This document shows, piece after piece, positions 10,734 to 21,371 of a stretch of 64,000 nucleotides of DNA. The notes under the pieces were generated by a model. The model searched no databases. It saw nothing but the letters and a program-made list of their open reading frames with translations, and was not told the origin of the DNA. The DNA lies in assembly GCA_902608415.1 (NCBI GenBank), contig CACLNZ010000003.1, positions 4,949-68,948 on the forward strand, in the 5' to 3' direction. This DNA comes from an uncultured PS1 clade bacterium (GTDB lineage: Bacteria > Pseudomonadota > Alphaproteobacteria > MED-G09). Made by a program: the position numbers and the translations under genes. Every line of letters begins with the position of its first letter. Position 1 is the stretch's first letter.

Positions 10734-11477
10734 TTATCTATACTCATTAAGGACATTTCCAAATCTTCTTGATCTACTTTTATAATCACTAATAGCTATA
10801 TCTAACTTATTTTTATCAAAATCTGGCCACAAACATTCTTCAAAATAAACTTCTGAATAAGATAATTGCCATAAAAGGAAATTAGATATTCTTTTCTCTG
10901 AACCAGTTCTAATAATTAAATCTGGGTCAGGTACACCTGCAGAATATAAATTGCTCTCAAAAATTGTATTATTAATCTTATTTGGATCAATCTCACCTTT
11001 AGAAGAAGCAATAGCAATTTTTTTTGTTGCATTTATAATTTCTTGTCTCCCACTGTAATTAAAGGCTATCTGAAGATACAAACCAGTATTATTAACAGTA
11101 AGTAATTCCGCTCCATTAATGAGATCAACAATATCTTTAGGAATTTCTCTTCTACTGCCTATTACTCTAATTCTAACATTATTACTATGCAATTCAGAAA
11201 GGTCGTTTGAAATGAACTTTCTTAATAACTGCATTAATTTTGATGTTTCTTCTTTAGGCCTCTTCCAATTATCAATTGAAAAGGTAAATAAAGTTAAGTA
11301 TTCTAATTTAGAATCTTTTAGATCACGAAGTAATTTTCTTAATGTTTTTAATCCCTGAGCATGACCTTTAAACCTAGGTAATCCTCGTGAGCTAGCCCAC
11401 CTTCCATTACCATCCATGATCAGAGCAATATGTGATATCTGTTTTTTTATTTCATTATTAGAGGAATGATTTTTCAT
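10734..11477 (-). CDS. uppS: undecaprenyl diphosphate synthase
   Basis: 247 aa with HIALIMDGNGRWA and the RTGSEKRISNFLLWQ cis-prenyltransferase motifs. Confidence 0.93.
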   Translation of the reverse strand: MKNHSSNNEIKKQISHIALIMDGNGRWASSRGLPRFKGHAQGLKTLRKLLRDLKDSKLEYLTLFTFSIDNWKRPKEETSKLMQLLRKFISNDLSELHSNNVRIRVIGSRREIPKDIVDLINGAELLTVNNTGLYLQIAFNYSGRQEIINATKKIAIASSKGEIDPNKINNTIFESNLYSAGVPDPDLIIRTGSEKRISNFLLWQLSYSEVYFEECLWPDFDKNKLDIAISDYKSRSRRFGNVLNEYR

Positions 11478-11482
11478 GAAAC

Positions 11483-12040
11483 TTAAACTTGTCGAATTTC
11501 ATTTTCTTTTTGAGACAACATTTCATCTATTTTTTTTATATAATCATCTGTAAGTTCTTGGACCTCATTAGATAAATCAACAGCCCTATCTTTTCCTATA
11601 GTTCCATCTTTTTCAATTTTTTTTATCTTATCCATTCCATCTCTTCTAACATTCCGTATTGCTACACGAGATTGCTCGGCATATTTACCTGCAATCTTAG
11701 AAATCTCTTCTCTCCTTTCTTCGTTAAGCTCAGGTATTGGAATCCTTATTAATTCTCCATCAGCCTGCGGATTTAAGCCTAGATCAGATTCATGAATAGC
11801 TTTTTCAACTGCTACCACTAATCCTTTATCCCAAACTTGAATAGATATCATTTTTGCTTCTGGTACAGAAATACTACCTACTTGATCAATAGGCATTTTC
11901 TGCCCATATGCATCAACCAAAATACCATCAACCATATTTGTTGATGCTCTTCCAGTTCTTAAACCCACTAAGTCACCATTAAATGAATTAATAGCACCAT
12001 CCATTCTTTTAACTAGATCATCTTTATTTATTTCACTCAT
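11483..12040 (-). CDS. frr: ribosome recycling factor
   Basis: 185 aa with Frr-typical sequence (VDAYGQKMPIDQVGSISVPE, IAIRNVRRDG). Conserved pyrH-frr order. Confidence 0.95.
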   Translation of the reverse strand: MSEINKDDLVKRMDGAINSFNGDLVGLRTGRASTNMVDGILVDAYGQKMPIDQVGSISVPEAKMISIQVWDKGLVVAVEKAIHESDLGLNPQADGELIRIPIPELNEERREEISKIAGKYAEQSRVAIRNVRRDGMDKIKKIEKDGTIGKDRAVDLSNEVQELTDDYIKKIDEMLSQKENEIRQV

Positions 12041-12042
12041 TA

Positions 12043-12759
12043 TTATCCCTCAACTACTGAGCAACTACCTTTACCTTTTATGATATTCAAAAAACCATTA
12101 TTTTCTTTAATAGAAAAAACTATTATCGGTATATTATTGTCCCTTGCAAGAGAAACAGCTGAGGAGTCCAATACTCGTAAATTTTTTGATAAAACCTCAC
12201 TATAAGTTATTTTATCAAATTTAGTTGCTTCATTGTATTCCATAGGGTCCTTATCATATATGCCATCAACCTTTGTTCCTTTAAAAATTGCATCACAATC
12301 CATTTCACTAGCTCTAAGTGCAGCAGCGGTATCTGTTGTAAAATATGGATTACCTGTACCTGCAGCAAATATAACAATTCTATTCTTTTCCATATGTCTA
12401 ATAGCTCTTCTTCTTGTATAGGGTTCACAAACCTCAGTCATTGAAATCGCTGATTGAATTCTTGTTTGAAAGCCTAACCTTTCAAGAGAGTTCTGCATTG
12501 CTAAAGAATTCATTACAGTGGCTAACATGCCCATATAGTCAGCGCTAGTTCTATCCATTCCAGCCGCAGCTCCGGATAGCCCTCTAAAAATGTTACCAGC
12601 TCCAATTACTAGGCAGGTTTCTATTCCTAATTTACATACTTGTGAAATTTCTTTAGCTACTCTATCTACAGTAGAAACATCTATCCCATATGAATCAACA
12701 CCCATTAGAGATTCTCCAGATATCTTTAGAAGAACTCTTTTTAATTTAGCTGCATTCAT
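12043..12759 (-). CDS. pyrH: UMP kinase
   Basis: [12 protein letters not shown] and GAGNIFRG motifs. The ORF track begins at a TTG (12762). The adjacent ATG at 12759 has a GGAG SD 5 nt upstream and is taken as the start (238 aa). Confidence 0.95.
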   Translation of the reverse strand: MNAAKLKRVLLKISGESLMGVDSYGIDVSTVDRVAKEISQVCKLGIETCLVIGAGNIFRGLSGAAAGMDRTSADYMGMLATVMNSLAMQNSLERLGFQTRIQSAISMTEVCEPYTRRRAIRHMEKNRIVIFAAGTGNPYFTTDTAAALRASEMDCDAIFKGTKVDGIYDKDPMEYNEATKFDKITYSEVLSKNLRVLDSSAVSLARDNNIPIIVFSIKENNGFLNIIKGKGSCSVVEG

Positions 12760-12783
12760 CAAGACTCCATTTTATTGGTCAAA

Positions 12784-13692
12784 CTATGATATCAGTGAAT
12801 CGACTTCATTTGCAAAATCTTCAGTCTTTTTTTCAATTCCTTCACCAAGGCCCATTCTAACAAACTCAACAATTTTAACTGGCTTATCCAAAGAATTAAG
12901 AATATCTGAAATTTTACTCTCTCCATCAACAACAAAAATTTGCTCAAGAAGAACGCTTTCCTGATAATATTTTTTTAATCTTCCTTCAGTCATTTTTTCA
13001 ATTATTTCTTCAGGTTTACCAGATGATCTAGCCTCTTCTGCTAAAATATTTTTTTCTCTCTTAATTAAATCTGCTGGCATATCTTCAATACTAATTGAAA
13101 TTGGATTTGTTGCTGCAATATGCATAGCTATTTTTTTTCCTAAATCTTCTAATTGATTATTATCTGCTTCAGACTCTAAACCAACTAAAACACCAATTTT
13201 TCCCATACCCTCTATAACTTGATTATGAATATAAGATGAGATCACTCCATTTTTAATAGAAATTTTATCAATTCTTCTCAAATTAATATTTTCTCCAATA
13301 GATGCAATCATCTCTGTTATATAATCTTTTACCTTAATGTCTTTACCATCTAATTCTTTGTCTAGAAGGTCTTCAAGGCTATTACTTTTTGTCGATAAAA
13401 TAGATAAATTCTTCACTACACTTTGGAAATCTTCGTTCCTAGCAACAAAATCCGTTTCAGAATTAACTTCAATTATTGAAGCAATATTATCTATTTTTTC
13501 TACTGCTATCAATCCTTCAGATGCTATACGACCTTCTTTTTTGGCAGCTTTAGCAATTCCTTTAGTTCTCAACCAATCAATTGATGCCTCAATATCACCA
13601 TTATTCTCTTTTAAGGCTGTTTTACAGTCCATCATTCCAACGCCTGTTTTTTCTCTTAATTCTTTTACTAAACTAGCTGTTACCTGTGACAT
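12784..13692 (-). CDS. tsf: translation elongation factor Ts
   Basis: 302 aa with an N-terminal UBA-like VKELREKTGVGMMDCKTAL motif. GGAGG SD and conserved rpsB-tsf pairing. Confidence 0.95.
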   Translation of the reverse strand: MSQVTASLVKELREKTGVGMMDCKTALKENNGDIEASIDWLRTKGIAKAAKKEGRIASEGLIAVEKIDNIASIIEVNSETDFVARNEDFQSVVKNLSILSTKSNSLEDLLDKELDGKDIKVKDYITEMIASIGENINLRRIDKISIKNGVISSYIHNQVIEGMGKIGVLVGLESEADNNQLEDLGKKIAMHIAATNPISISIEDMPADLIKREKNILAEEARSSGKPEEIIEKMTEGRLKKYYQESVLLEQIFVVDGESKISDILNSLDKPVKIVEFVRMGLGEGIEKKTEDFANEVDSLIS

Positions 13693-13719
13693 ATAAACCT
13701 CCGTAGATATTAAGTTTTA

Positions 13720-14586
13720 CTAATCCTTTTCTTCACTCTTTGACTTATCATTGTTTTCTTCTAAATTTTCAATTTCTTTACTGTCATCAGCTTTAGGAGT
13801 ATCTGATAGCTCTTTAGATTTATTATCTTCTTTAAAGGTAGCTTCCTTTTGAGGTTTCTCTTTTTTATCTTGATTTTCCTCTTGAACTTTTTGAGATTGA
13901 ATAGAAATTCCATCAAGCACAGCTTGGGACACAAGATCACAATATAATTTAATTGATTTTGCAGAATCATCATTACCAGGAATAGGATAAGTAATTCCCT
14001 CAGGATCGCAATTTGTATCTATTATTGCCGCAATAGGAATATTTAATTTATTTGCCTCTTTAATTGCTATTTGCTCTCTAACAGTATCAATAACAAAAAT
14101 TAAATCTGGAAGACTGCCCATGTTTTTTATTCCACCAATAGACAATTCTAATTTATCTCTTTCTCTTGTAAGTTTGAGTAATTCTTTTTTTGTTAAACCA
14201 GCTGATTCCTCTTCATCTAAAGTTTCTTGGATTGATTTTAATCTTGCTATTGTGTTTGATATCGTTTTCCAATTTGTAAGAGTTCCACCGAGCCATCTGT
14301 GATTAACATAATATTGAGCGCACTGAGATGCACTTTCAGATATTGTTTCTGAAGCTTGTCTTTTAGTTCCTACAAATAAAACTCTACCACCAGATTGAGA
14401 GACCTCTCTAACAGCGCCTAGAGCATTTTTTAACATGCCCATTGTTTGAGAAAGGTCAATTATATGTATATTATTATGCTCCCCATAAATAAAATCCTTC
14501 ATTTTAGGGTTCCACCTATGAGTTTGATGCCCAAAATGAACACCAGCCTCAAGCAATTCTTTCATTGAAAATTCAGGTAATGACAA
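13720..14586 (-). CDS. rpsB: 30S ribosomal protein S2 with a K/E-rich C-terminal tail
   Basis: 288 aa. The N-terminus [29 protein letters not shown] is the alphaproteobacterial S2 N-terminus. The initiation codon read from the sequence is TTG (14586-14584), with a strong AAGGAGG SD 5 nt upstream. Confidence 0.95.
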   Translation of the reverse strand: MSLPEFSMKELLEAGVHFGHQTHRWNPKMKDFIYGEHNNIHIIDLSQTMGMLKNALGAVREVSQSGGRVLFVGTKRQASETISESASQCAQYYVNHRWLGGTLTNWKTISNTIARLKSIQETLDEEESAGLTKKELLKLTRERDKLELSIGGIKNMGSLPDLIFVIDTVREQIAIKEANKLNIPIAAIIDTNCDPEGITYPIPGNDDSAKSIKLYCDLVSQAVLDGISIQSQKVQEENQDKKEKPQKEATFKEDNKSKELSDTPKADDSKEIENLEENNDKSKSEEKD

Positions 14587-14668
14587 TTTATCCTCCTTTA
14601 CCGGTTAAACCTCCATGAATACATACCTAATGGCACCGGATTGCCTGGAAAAGCTATATTCATGTGCG
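14587..14668 (-). promoter_or_regulatory. structured 5' leader of rpsB-tsf (candidate S2 autoregulatory pseudoknot)
   Basis: About 44% GC against roughly 30% in the flanks. On the minus-strand RNA an outer helix forms between CAUGAAUAU (14664-14656) and GUAUUCAUG (14622-14614). An inner hairpin forms between GGCA and UGCC (14645-14632). Its loop CCGGU (14639-14635) is complementary to ACCGG (14605-14601), which lies 4 nt upstream of the GGAGG SD (14596-14592). Confidence 0.5.
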
Positions 14669-14679
14669 TAATGAAACGG

Positions 14680-14708
14680 ATATAATATTATTTATTAGGA
14701 AACTGCAA
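14680..14708 (-). promoter_or_regulatory. candidate sigma-70 promoter for rpsB-tsf
   Basis: Minus strand reads TTGCAG (14708-14703), a 17-nt spacer, then TTATAT (14685-14680), just downstream of the dnaE stop. The predicted TSS is near 14670, at the 5' edge of the structured leader. Such matches are frequent in AT-rich DNA. Confidence 0.35.
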
Positions 14709-14715
14709 CAAAAAA

Positions 14716-17700
14716 TTAAAATTCTTCTATTTTTAATACACCCTCAATTTCTTTAATTGATGCTTTAATGGATGGATTAACAATAAAATTATTTCCTAAT
14801 TTTAATTCAGTTTGATATTTATCATGATCATTAATTAATATTTGAACTAATATTTTTGAATTTCCTTTTTCTTCTACCCTATCTCTTATTTCTAAAATAG
14901 TTTCTGGATTATTTACATAAACCTTTAAAGTATTAATATTTTTTTTCATAAGCTCTTCTAAAGGAAATATGTTGATTGCAAGTAATCTTAAATTATTATC
15001 ATTTCTTTGGGCTTCTACCTCAGCAACTATTGAAAGCCCTGGAATTAAAAAATCTCTAACTTTAAAAAGAATGTCTGAAAAAAGTGTTATCTCAAACTGA
15101 TTATTTTCGTCAGTTAATCCTACAAAAGCAAAATTTCTTCCTCTTTGAGACTTTCTTTCTTTAACATAGGATATTGTTCCTGCTATTGTATATTTTGTCT
15201 CGGAGTCATTTAAATCTTTAAAATATTTTATTTTTCTATCTTTTATAATTTTTGAATATTCATTTAATGGATGTCCAGTAAGATAAAAACCTATAGCAGA
15301 AAATTCTTTTTCTAAAAGTTCGGAAGTTGTCCAGTTATCTACTTCTGGAAGAGGGATATGACTGAAATTATTAAATTCATCATCAAATAAATAATCCTGA
15401 TTATTGGAATTTTTTTCCATTGCTGCATTAGAAATACTAGAGAGTATATTTATAGATTGGTAAACTTTATTTCTATTTTTTTCAATGGAGTCAAATGCTC
15501 CAGAATAGGCTAAAAATTCAAGATTTTTTTTGGATAATATAGATGCATCAAGTCTTTGAGCAAAATCATATAAATCTAAGAAATTATCATTTTTAGAAAC
15601 CTCTTCATTTATATTATTCATATCTTTTTGACTTGTATTCTTAATAGCTCCTAAACCATATCTAATATCACTTCCTTCAACATCAAAATCCATTTTTGAT
15701 TTATTTATATCTGGGGGCAGTATTTTTATATTCATTTTTTTTGCATCATTAAAAAATATACTCAATTTATCTGTATTATCTTTTTCGAGAGACATTGATG
15801 CAGTCATAAAATATTCAGAATAGTGAGTTTTAAGATAGGCAGTTTGATATGCAATTAGGGCATAAGCTGCTGCATGAGATTTATTAAATCCGTATCCAGC
15901 AAATTCTGCTACTTGTTCAAAAATATAATCTGCTTTTTTTTCTTCTATATGATTATTAATAGCTCCAGATATAAATCTTTCTTTTTGAGCATCCATTTCA
16001 CTTTTAATCTTTTTACCCATTGCTCTTCTTAAAATATCAGCTTCTCCTAATGTATAATTAGATAAAATTTGGGCTGTTTGCATAACTTGTTCCTGATAAA
16101 TAATCACTCCGTATGTTTCTTTTAGTATTTTTTCAAGTCTAGAATCCATATAATCAGGTTTTTCATCTCCCTTTTTACAAGCAATATATCTTGGGATATT
16201 ATCCATAGGCCCTGGTCTGTATAGCGCAACCAAGGCAATAATATCTTCAAAACAATCAGGCTTCATATTTCTCAAAACATCTTGCATTCCGCTACTTTCA
16301 AGTTGAAATATTCCAATTGTATTTCCAGTACTAAGCAAATTAAATGTTTGTTTATCATCTAAAGGTATTTGTGAGATATCTAGATTAATTCCTTTTTTCT
16401 GATTTATTAAATTAATTGCCTTATCAATTACGGTGAGTGTTTTTAATCCTAAAAAATCAAATTTAACTAGACCAGAGGCCTCTACCCACTTCATATTAAA
16501 TTGCGTTACAGGCATTTCCGACCTTGGATCACGATAAAGTGGGATAGTATTTTGTAAAGGCACATCGCCAATAACTAAGCCAGCAGCGTGAGTTGAAGCG
16601 TTTCTATATAAACCTTCTAACTCTAAACCAATCTTAAGCATTGAAGCAATATCATCATCATTATCTCTCTCTTCTCTAATTCTTATATCACCTTCAATTG
16701 CTTCATTGAGAGTGGTTGGATTAGCGGGATTATTTGGTACAAGTTTACATATTCTATCTACTTGACCATAAGGTAGTCCCAAAACTCTTCCAACATCTCT
16801 AAGTACTGCTCTAGATTGTAAGCTTCCAAATGTAATAATTTGAGCTACGCTATCTTTACCATATTTTTCTTGAACATACTCAATTACTTCCTCTCTTCTA
16901 TCCTGACAAAAATCTATATCAAAATCAGGTAAAGAAATTCTTTCTGGATTCAAAAATCTTTCAAAAATTAAATTAAATTTAATTGGATCAAGATCAGTGA
17001 TTGTTAACGCCCATGCTACAAGAGATCCAGCACCAGAACCCCTTCCAGGTCCAACAGGTATATTTTTACTTTTAGACCATTTTATAAAATCAGCTACTAT
17101 CAAAAAATATCCTGGGAAATTCATTGATATAATAATATCTAACTCGCTATTAAGACGATCCCAATACGCTTCGTCATTAGTAATTTTATTTTCTAAGATT
17201 TTCTTTTTTAAGCCTTCCTTAGCCTGATTAACCAATTCATTTGTTTCTCCATCAGAATCAAGACCGCTAAACCTTGGTAATCGTGGTTCGGACCTACTAA
17301 CCTTAAAAGAAGTCCTGTAAGCTATTTCTAATGTATTATTAATCGCTTCTGGAATATCATTAAATAACTCAATCATTTCTTCTGGAGATTTAAAGTAAAA
17401 TTCATTAGTTAATATTTCTCGATTAGAGCTATTAACTGTTGTCGAGTCTTTAATTGCTATAAGAGCATCATGAGAAGTAAACCTATCTTTAGATTCAAAA
17501 AATATAGTATTTGATGCCACAACCGGTAATCTTATATCGTTAGCTATATCAAGTAAGTCATTCTCAAAGTCGTCTTTTCCCATTCTTTGAATTTCAATAT
17601 AAATCCTATCTTGGAATATTGAGTTTAATTTTTTTGTTAATTCTAATGCATTCTTTTTAAGGCCAGACTTAAGATAATTATTGATTAAACTACCATATCC

Positions 17701-18081
17701 ACCTGTTAACAATATCAAACCTTCATTTAATTCCGATAATCTATTTAAACTTAATCTTTCATCATCATTTGTTAAAAAAAGTTCAGATGATAGCTTTATT
17801 AAGTTTTTGTAGCCCTGCTCATTTTTAGCCAAACAAACAATTGATCCATAATTTTTTTGATCATAAAATGATAAATTACACCCGATAATTGGCTGAATAC
17901 CTTTATCAATAAGTTTTTCAGAAAACTCAAGTGCTCCAAATAAATTATTTCTATCCGTTAGACCAACCGCTGGAATATTATGATTTATAGCTTTTTTAAC
18001 TATGCTTTCTATTTGCATAGCTCCTTCTAATAAAGAATATTGAGAAGTCGCTCTTAACGGAATATAATTTAAGCTATCCAT
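14716..18081 (-). CDS. dnaE: DNA polymerase III alpha subunit
   Basis: 1121 aa with an N-terminal PHP domain ([13 protein letters not shown]), the polymerase core ([16 protein letters not shown]; PDFDIDF) and a C-terminal OB region. Confidence 0.95.
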   Translation of the reverse strand: MDSLNYIPLRATSQYSLLEGAMQIESIVKKAINHNIPAVGLTDRNNLFGALEFSEKLIDKGIQPIIGCNLSFYDQKNYGSIVCLAKNEQGYKNLIKLSSELFLTNDDERLSLNRLSELNEGLILLTGGYGSLINNYLKSGLKKNALELTKKLNSIFQDRIYIEIQRMGKDDFENDLLDIANDIRLPVVASNTIFFESKDRFTSHDALIAIKDSTTVNSSNREILTNEFYFKSPEEMIELFNDIPEAINNTLEIAYRTSFKVSRSEPRLPRFSGLDSDGETNELVNQAKEGLKKKILENKITNDEAYWDRLNSELDIIISMNFPGYFLIVADFIKWSKSKNIPVGPGRGSGAGSLVAWALTITDLDPIKFNLIFERFLNPERISLPDFDIDFCQDRREEVIEYVQEKYGKDSVAQIITFGSLQSRAVLRDVGRVLGLPYGQVDRICKLVPNNPANPTTLNEAIEGDIRIREERDNDDDIASMLKIGLELEGLYRNASTHAAGLVIGDVPLQNTIPLYRDPRSEMPVTQFNMKWVEASGLVKFDFLGLKTLTVIDKAINLINQKKGINLDISQIPLDDKQTFNLLSTGNTIGIFQLESSGMQDVLRNMKPDCFEDIIALVALYRPGPMDNIPRYIACKKGDEKPDYMDSRLEKILKETYGVIIYQEQVMQTAQILSNYTLGEADILRRAMGKKIKSEMDAQKERFISGAINNHIEEKKADYIFEQVAEFAGYGFNKSHAAAYALIAYQTAYLKTHYSEYFMTASMSLEKDNTDKLSIFFNDAKKMNIKILPPDINKSKMDFDVEGSDIRYGLGAIKNTSQKDMNNINEEVSKNDNFLDLYDFAQRLDASILSKKNLEFLAYSGAFDSIEKNRNKVYQSINILSSISNAAMEKNSNNQDYLFDDEFNNFSHIPLPEVDNWTTSELLEKEFSAIGFYLTGHPLNEYSKIIKDRKIKYFKDLNDSETKYTIAGTISYVKERKSQRGRNFAFVGLTDENNQFEITLFSDILFKVRDFLIPGLSIVAEVEAQRNDNNLRLLAINIFPLEELMKKNINTLKVYVNNPETILEIRDRVEEKGNSKILVQILINDHDKYQTELKLGNNFIVNPSIKASIKEIEGVLKIEEF

Positions 18082-18085
18082 TTGG

Positions 18086-18754
18086 TTATTTTATCAGATC
18101 CTCAATATTAATTAACCTATCTTGTAGGTTTGCTATTTCTAGATTATGTGTGGCTAAAAACAAACTGCAATCATACTCATCAACTAACTCATTAAATAAA
18201 CTAACAACACTAATAGCGGTTTTGCTATCTAGATTACCTGTTGGCTCATCGGCAATAATAAGGGATGGCTTATTTATTAGCGCTCTTGCAATAGCTGCTC
18301 TTTGCTGCTCACCTCCAGAAACTTGGCTGGGGTAATTATTTCCTCTATTTGAGAGATTAACATTTTTAATAAAGTCGCCAGCTACCTCTATAGCTTGATT
18401 TTTTTGCATGCCATTAATAATTAAAGGAAAGGCAATATTTTCAAGGATTGTAAAATCAGATAGAAGATTATTAAATTGAAAGACATAACCTATGTTTTTC
18501 TTACGTAAATTAGAAATTTTTTTATCTGATTTCCAATCAACTTCAGAGTTATTTACGTATACAGATCCTGAATTAGGTCTCTCAATAAGGCCTGCAATAT
18601 TTAAAATAGATGTTTTACCTGATCCAGATGGACCAATGATTGCAACTTTTTCTCCCTTCATAATATCAATATCTATGCCTGAAAAAACATTTATAAGAGT
18701 TTCTCTTACTAAATAACTTCTGGATACCTTATTTAGGGATAAAATATTACTCAT
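18086..18754 (-). CDS. lolD: lipoprotein-releasing ABC transporter ATP-binding protein
   Basis: 222 aa with Walker [10 protein letters not shown], signature VSGGEQQR and Walker B LIIADEPT. Overlaps the upstream LolC/E-type permease gene by 8 nt. Confidence 0.85.
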   Translation of the reverse strand: MSNILSLNKVSRSYLVRETLINVFSGIDIDIMKGEKVAIIGPSGSGKTSILNIAGLIERPNSGSVYVNNSEVDWKSDKKISNLRKKNIGYVFQFNNLLSDFTILENIAFPLIINGMQKNQAIEVAGDFIKNVNLSNRGNNYPSQVSGGEQQRAAIARALINKPSLIIADEPTGNLDSKTAISVVSLFNELVDEYDCSLFLATHNLEIANLQDRLINIEDLIK

Positions 18755-19982
18755 TTCTCAAAGCCTCTGCAGGATCTTTTGAAACAGACCTTATAGCGGG
18801 ATATATTGTTGCCACTATTGATAAAGATAATGACAAAATAGTGATTGTTACTACCTCAGGAATATGAATTTCGGAAGGCATAGAAATTAGAAAATAAATT
18901 TCTGGATTAAATAACGTAATATCAAAAATAGACATTAAAAATAATCTTATATTTTCTACATAAACACTAACAAGAATACCGATAGTTAAACCAATAAATG
19001 TAGCAAAAAAACCTATTTTAGCTCCTGATATTATAAATAACCTAGCAATACTTACTTTTTTCATCCCCATTGCTCTTAGTATAGATATTTCTCTAGATCT
19101 ATCTTTTACTAATATTATTAATCCAGAAACAATGTTAATTCCTGTAATTATTAATAATAGTGAAAATATCAGAAACATTACGTTTCTTTCTACTATTAGC
19201 ATTTCTTGTAGATTAGCATTCGTTTGTGTCCAATCTCTTGAAAAAACATTAAATCCCTCTAATGCATTATCGATATCTTGTTTATAAATTATTGACTTTT
19301 CAGGATTATCAACAAAAATTTGAATTACACCGGCAACATTTCCCAAATTAAGAAATTCTTGAGCAATGGGTAAATCAATAAAAATAACGGTTGAGTCATA
19401 GTCAGTCATGCCAATATCAAATACCGCATCAATATCATAGGAGTATGATCTCGGAATTGTACCAAAGGGAGATGAAATTCCCCTTGGAGACATAATAGAT
19501 ATATTATCACCATGACCAAGGGATAATGAGGATGCTAATCTAGATCCTAGTACGACACCATTATTACTGCCGATAAGATTACCATCAATTATATTGGAAG
19601 ACACAATATCAATCTTAGATAATTTTCCTAGCGGAATTCCCCTTAATAAACCTCCAGAAGACTGACTTTCCCCTAAAGCCAGAATCTGAGCCTCTATCAT
19701 AGGTATTGATTTCTCAACAAATTCAAAATCATTGATTTTGCTTTCAATGGATTCAAAATCCTTTATTCCTTCTTGTTGAGTAGGATAAATTAATATGTGT
19801 CCATTAATATTTACAATTTTATTTATAAGTTCTGTTCTAAAACCGTTCATAACAGACATTACCACCACTAAAACTGCTACACTTGAGGCAATACCGAGAA
19901 AAGAAATAAGAGTTATAACTGAAAAAAAACCTTCTTTACCTTTCGGGCGAAGGTACCGTTTTGAAATCCATAATTCTAACAA
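18747..19982 (-). CDS. lolE: lipoprotein-releasing system permease LolC/E family
   Basis: 411 aa with a MacB/FtsX-type architecture (TM1, large periplasmic domain, three C-terminal TMs) and an N-terminus LELWISKRYLRPK typical of LolC/E. The only in-frame start near the N-terminus is TTG at 19982. Confidence 0.85.
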   Translation of the reverse strand: MLELWISKRYLRPKGKEGFFSVITLISFLGIASSVAVLVVVMSVMNGFRTELINKIVNINGHILIYPTQQEGIKDFESIESKINDFEFVEKSIPMIEAQILALGESQSSGGLLRGIPLGKLSKIDIVSSNIIDGNLIGSNNGVVLGSRLASSLSLGHGDNISIMSPRGISSPFGTIPRSYSYDIDAVFDIGMTDYDSTVIFIDLPIAQEFLNLGNVAGVIQIFVDNPEKSIIYKQDIDNALEGFNVFSRDWTQTNANLQEMLIVERNVMFLIFSLLLIITGINIVSGLIILVKDRSREISILRAMGMKKVSIARLFIISGAKIGFFATFIGLTIGILVSVYVENIRLFLMSIFDITLFNPEIYFLISMPSEIHIPEVVTITILSLSLSIVATIYPAIRSVSKDPAEALRNE

Positions 19983-20005
19983 TAAGTTTTTAATGATTTA
20001 CTCCG

Positions 20006-21328
20006 TTAGATTAATTTTAATAATTCTTTAATAATATTATCTAAATCAATGCTCACTCTTTGGTCGTTCAACCTATTTTTTAACTCACATTTATTATTTT
20101 CTAAGTCCCTTGGACCTAAAATAATTTGATACGGGATTCCAATTAAATCCATATCGGCATATTTTTTTCCTGCACTTTCATCTCTATCGTCATAAATAAC
20201 ATCAATATTATTATTTCTTAATTCTTGATAAATATTTTCTGAGATTTTTTTACATTTCTCATCACTCTTAGCTAAATTAATTATACCAACTTGAAATGGC
20301 GCTACAGAGGTTGGCCATAATATTCCTCTGTTGTCATGATATGCTTCAATAATAGCTGACACTAATCTAGATACTCCAATCCCATAAGAACCCATATAGA
20401 CAGGAATATTTTCGCCTTTGTCATTATTAACAAATGCGTTCATAGGTTCTGAATATTTGTAGCCAAAAGAAAAAATATGACCAATTTCAATTGCTTTACC
20501 TTTTTTTTGAAATTCCTCAGGTATTTTTTTGAATAAATCTTCTGAATGCTTATCATCTGTTGAAGAGTAAAAGTTTGTTAAATTATTATAATAATTTTCT
20601 AAAGAATCTTTATTTGAATAATCGAAATCATAGTCTTCTATTTCAAGTATCCTGCTATCATAATAAACCTCTGTTTCACCGGTATTCGTAATAATAGAAA
20701 ACTCGTGACTTAATTCACCGCCTATAGGACCACTGTCAGCAACTACTGGTATCGCATTTAAACCTAATCTTTTGAAAGTTTTCATATATGAAGTAAACAT
20801 TTTAAAATATGAGATTTTTGCAGACTCTTTATCCAAATCAAATGAATAAGCATCCTTCATTAAGAATTCTCTACCTCTTAACAAACCAAAACGTGGTCTG
20901 ATTTCATCTCTAAATTTCCATTGAATATGAAAAAGATTTAAAGGAAGATTTTTATATGATTTAATATATGACCTAAAAATTTCAGTTATTTGTTCTTCAT
21001 TTGTTGGTCCATATATTAAATCTGCATTATGTCTATCAGATATCCTTAACATCTCTTCGCCGTAACCCTCATATCTTCCAGACTCTATCCACAAATCTGA
21101 TGATTGAAGTGTTGGCATTAAAATTTCAATTGCCCCTGCGGCCTCTTGTTCCTCCCTTATTATTGACTCAATTTTTTTAAGAACTTTAAAACCTAATGGT
21201 AGCCAGGAATAAATACCTGCACTTTCTTGTTTTATCATACCGGCTCTAATTAATAATTGATGAGAGGGTATCTTCGCGCCTGATGGATTTTCCTTGCTAG
21301 TAGGAATAAAAGATTTTGACCAGTACAT
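20006..21328 (-). CDS. proS: proline--tRNA ligase (short alphaproteobacterial form lacking the INS editing domain)
   Basis: 440 aa with class II aaRS motifs (FRDEIRPRFGLLRGREFLMKDAYSF; GSYGIGVSR) and a C-terminal anticodon-binding domain. Confidence 0.93.
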   Translation of the reverse strand: MYWSKSFIPTSKENPSGAKIPSHQLLIRAGMIKQESAGIYSWLPLGFKVLKKIESIIREEQEAAGAIEILMPTLQSSDLWIESGRYEGYGEEMLRISDRHNADLIYGPTNEEQITEIFRSYIKSYKNLPLNLFHIQWKFRDEIRPRFGLLRGREFLMKDAYSFDLDKESAKISYFKMFTSYMKTFKRLGLNAIPVVADSGPIGGELSHEFSIITNTGETEVYYDSRILEIEDYDFDYSNKDSLENYYNNLTNFYSSTDDKHSEDLFKKIPEEFQKKGKAIEIGHIFSFGYKYSEPMNAFVNNDKGENIPVYMGSYGIGVSRLVSAIIEAYHDNRGILWPTSVAPFQVGIINLAKSDEKCKKISENIYQELRNNNIDVIYDDRDESAGKKYADMDLIGIPYQIILGPRDLENNKCELKNRLNDQRVSIDLDNIIKELLKLI

Positions 21329-21371
21329 TATTACCTCTTGCTATAAACGCTTCATTGCTTAAGTCCATTAT

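Noticed and set aside
12207-12428. Same-strand alternative-frame ORFs inside pyrH (12207-12428) and inside the rpsB tail (13761-13973)
   Set aside because: They have no SD and a low-complexity sequence (KKLKI-type repeats produced by the AAA/GAA-rich tail in another frame). There is no evidence for overlapping genes.
12590-13696. Plus-strand ORFs 12590-12964 (124 aa) and 13337-13696 (119 aa)
   Set aside because: They are antisense to pyrH and tsf, which are unambiguous conserved genes. They have Ser/Leu/Ile/Phe-rich composition and are open only because of codon bias on the opposite strand.
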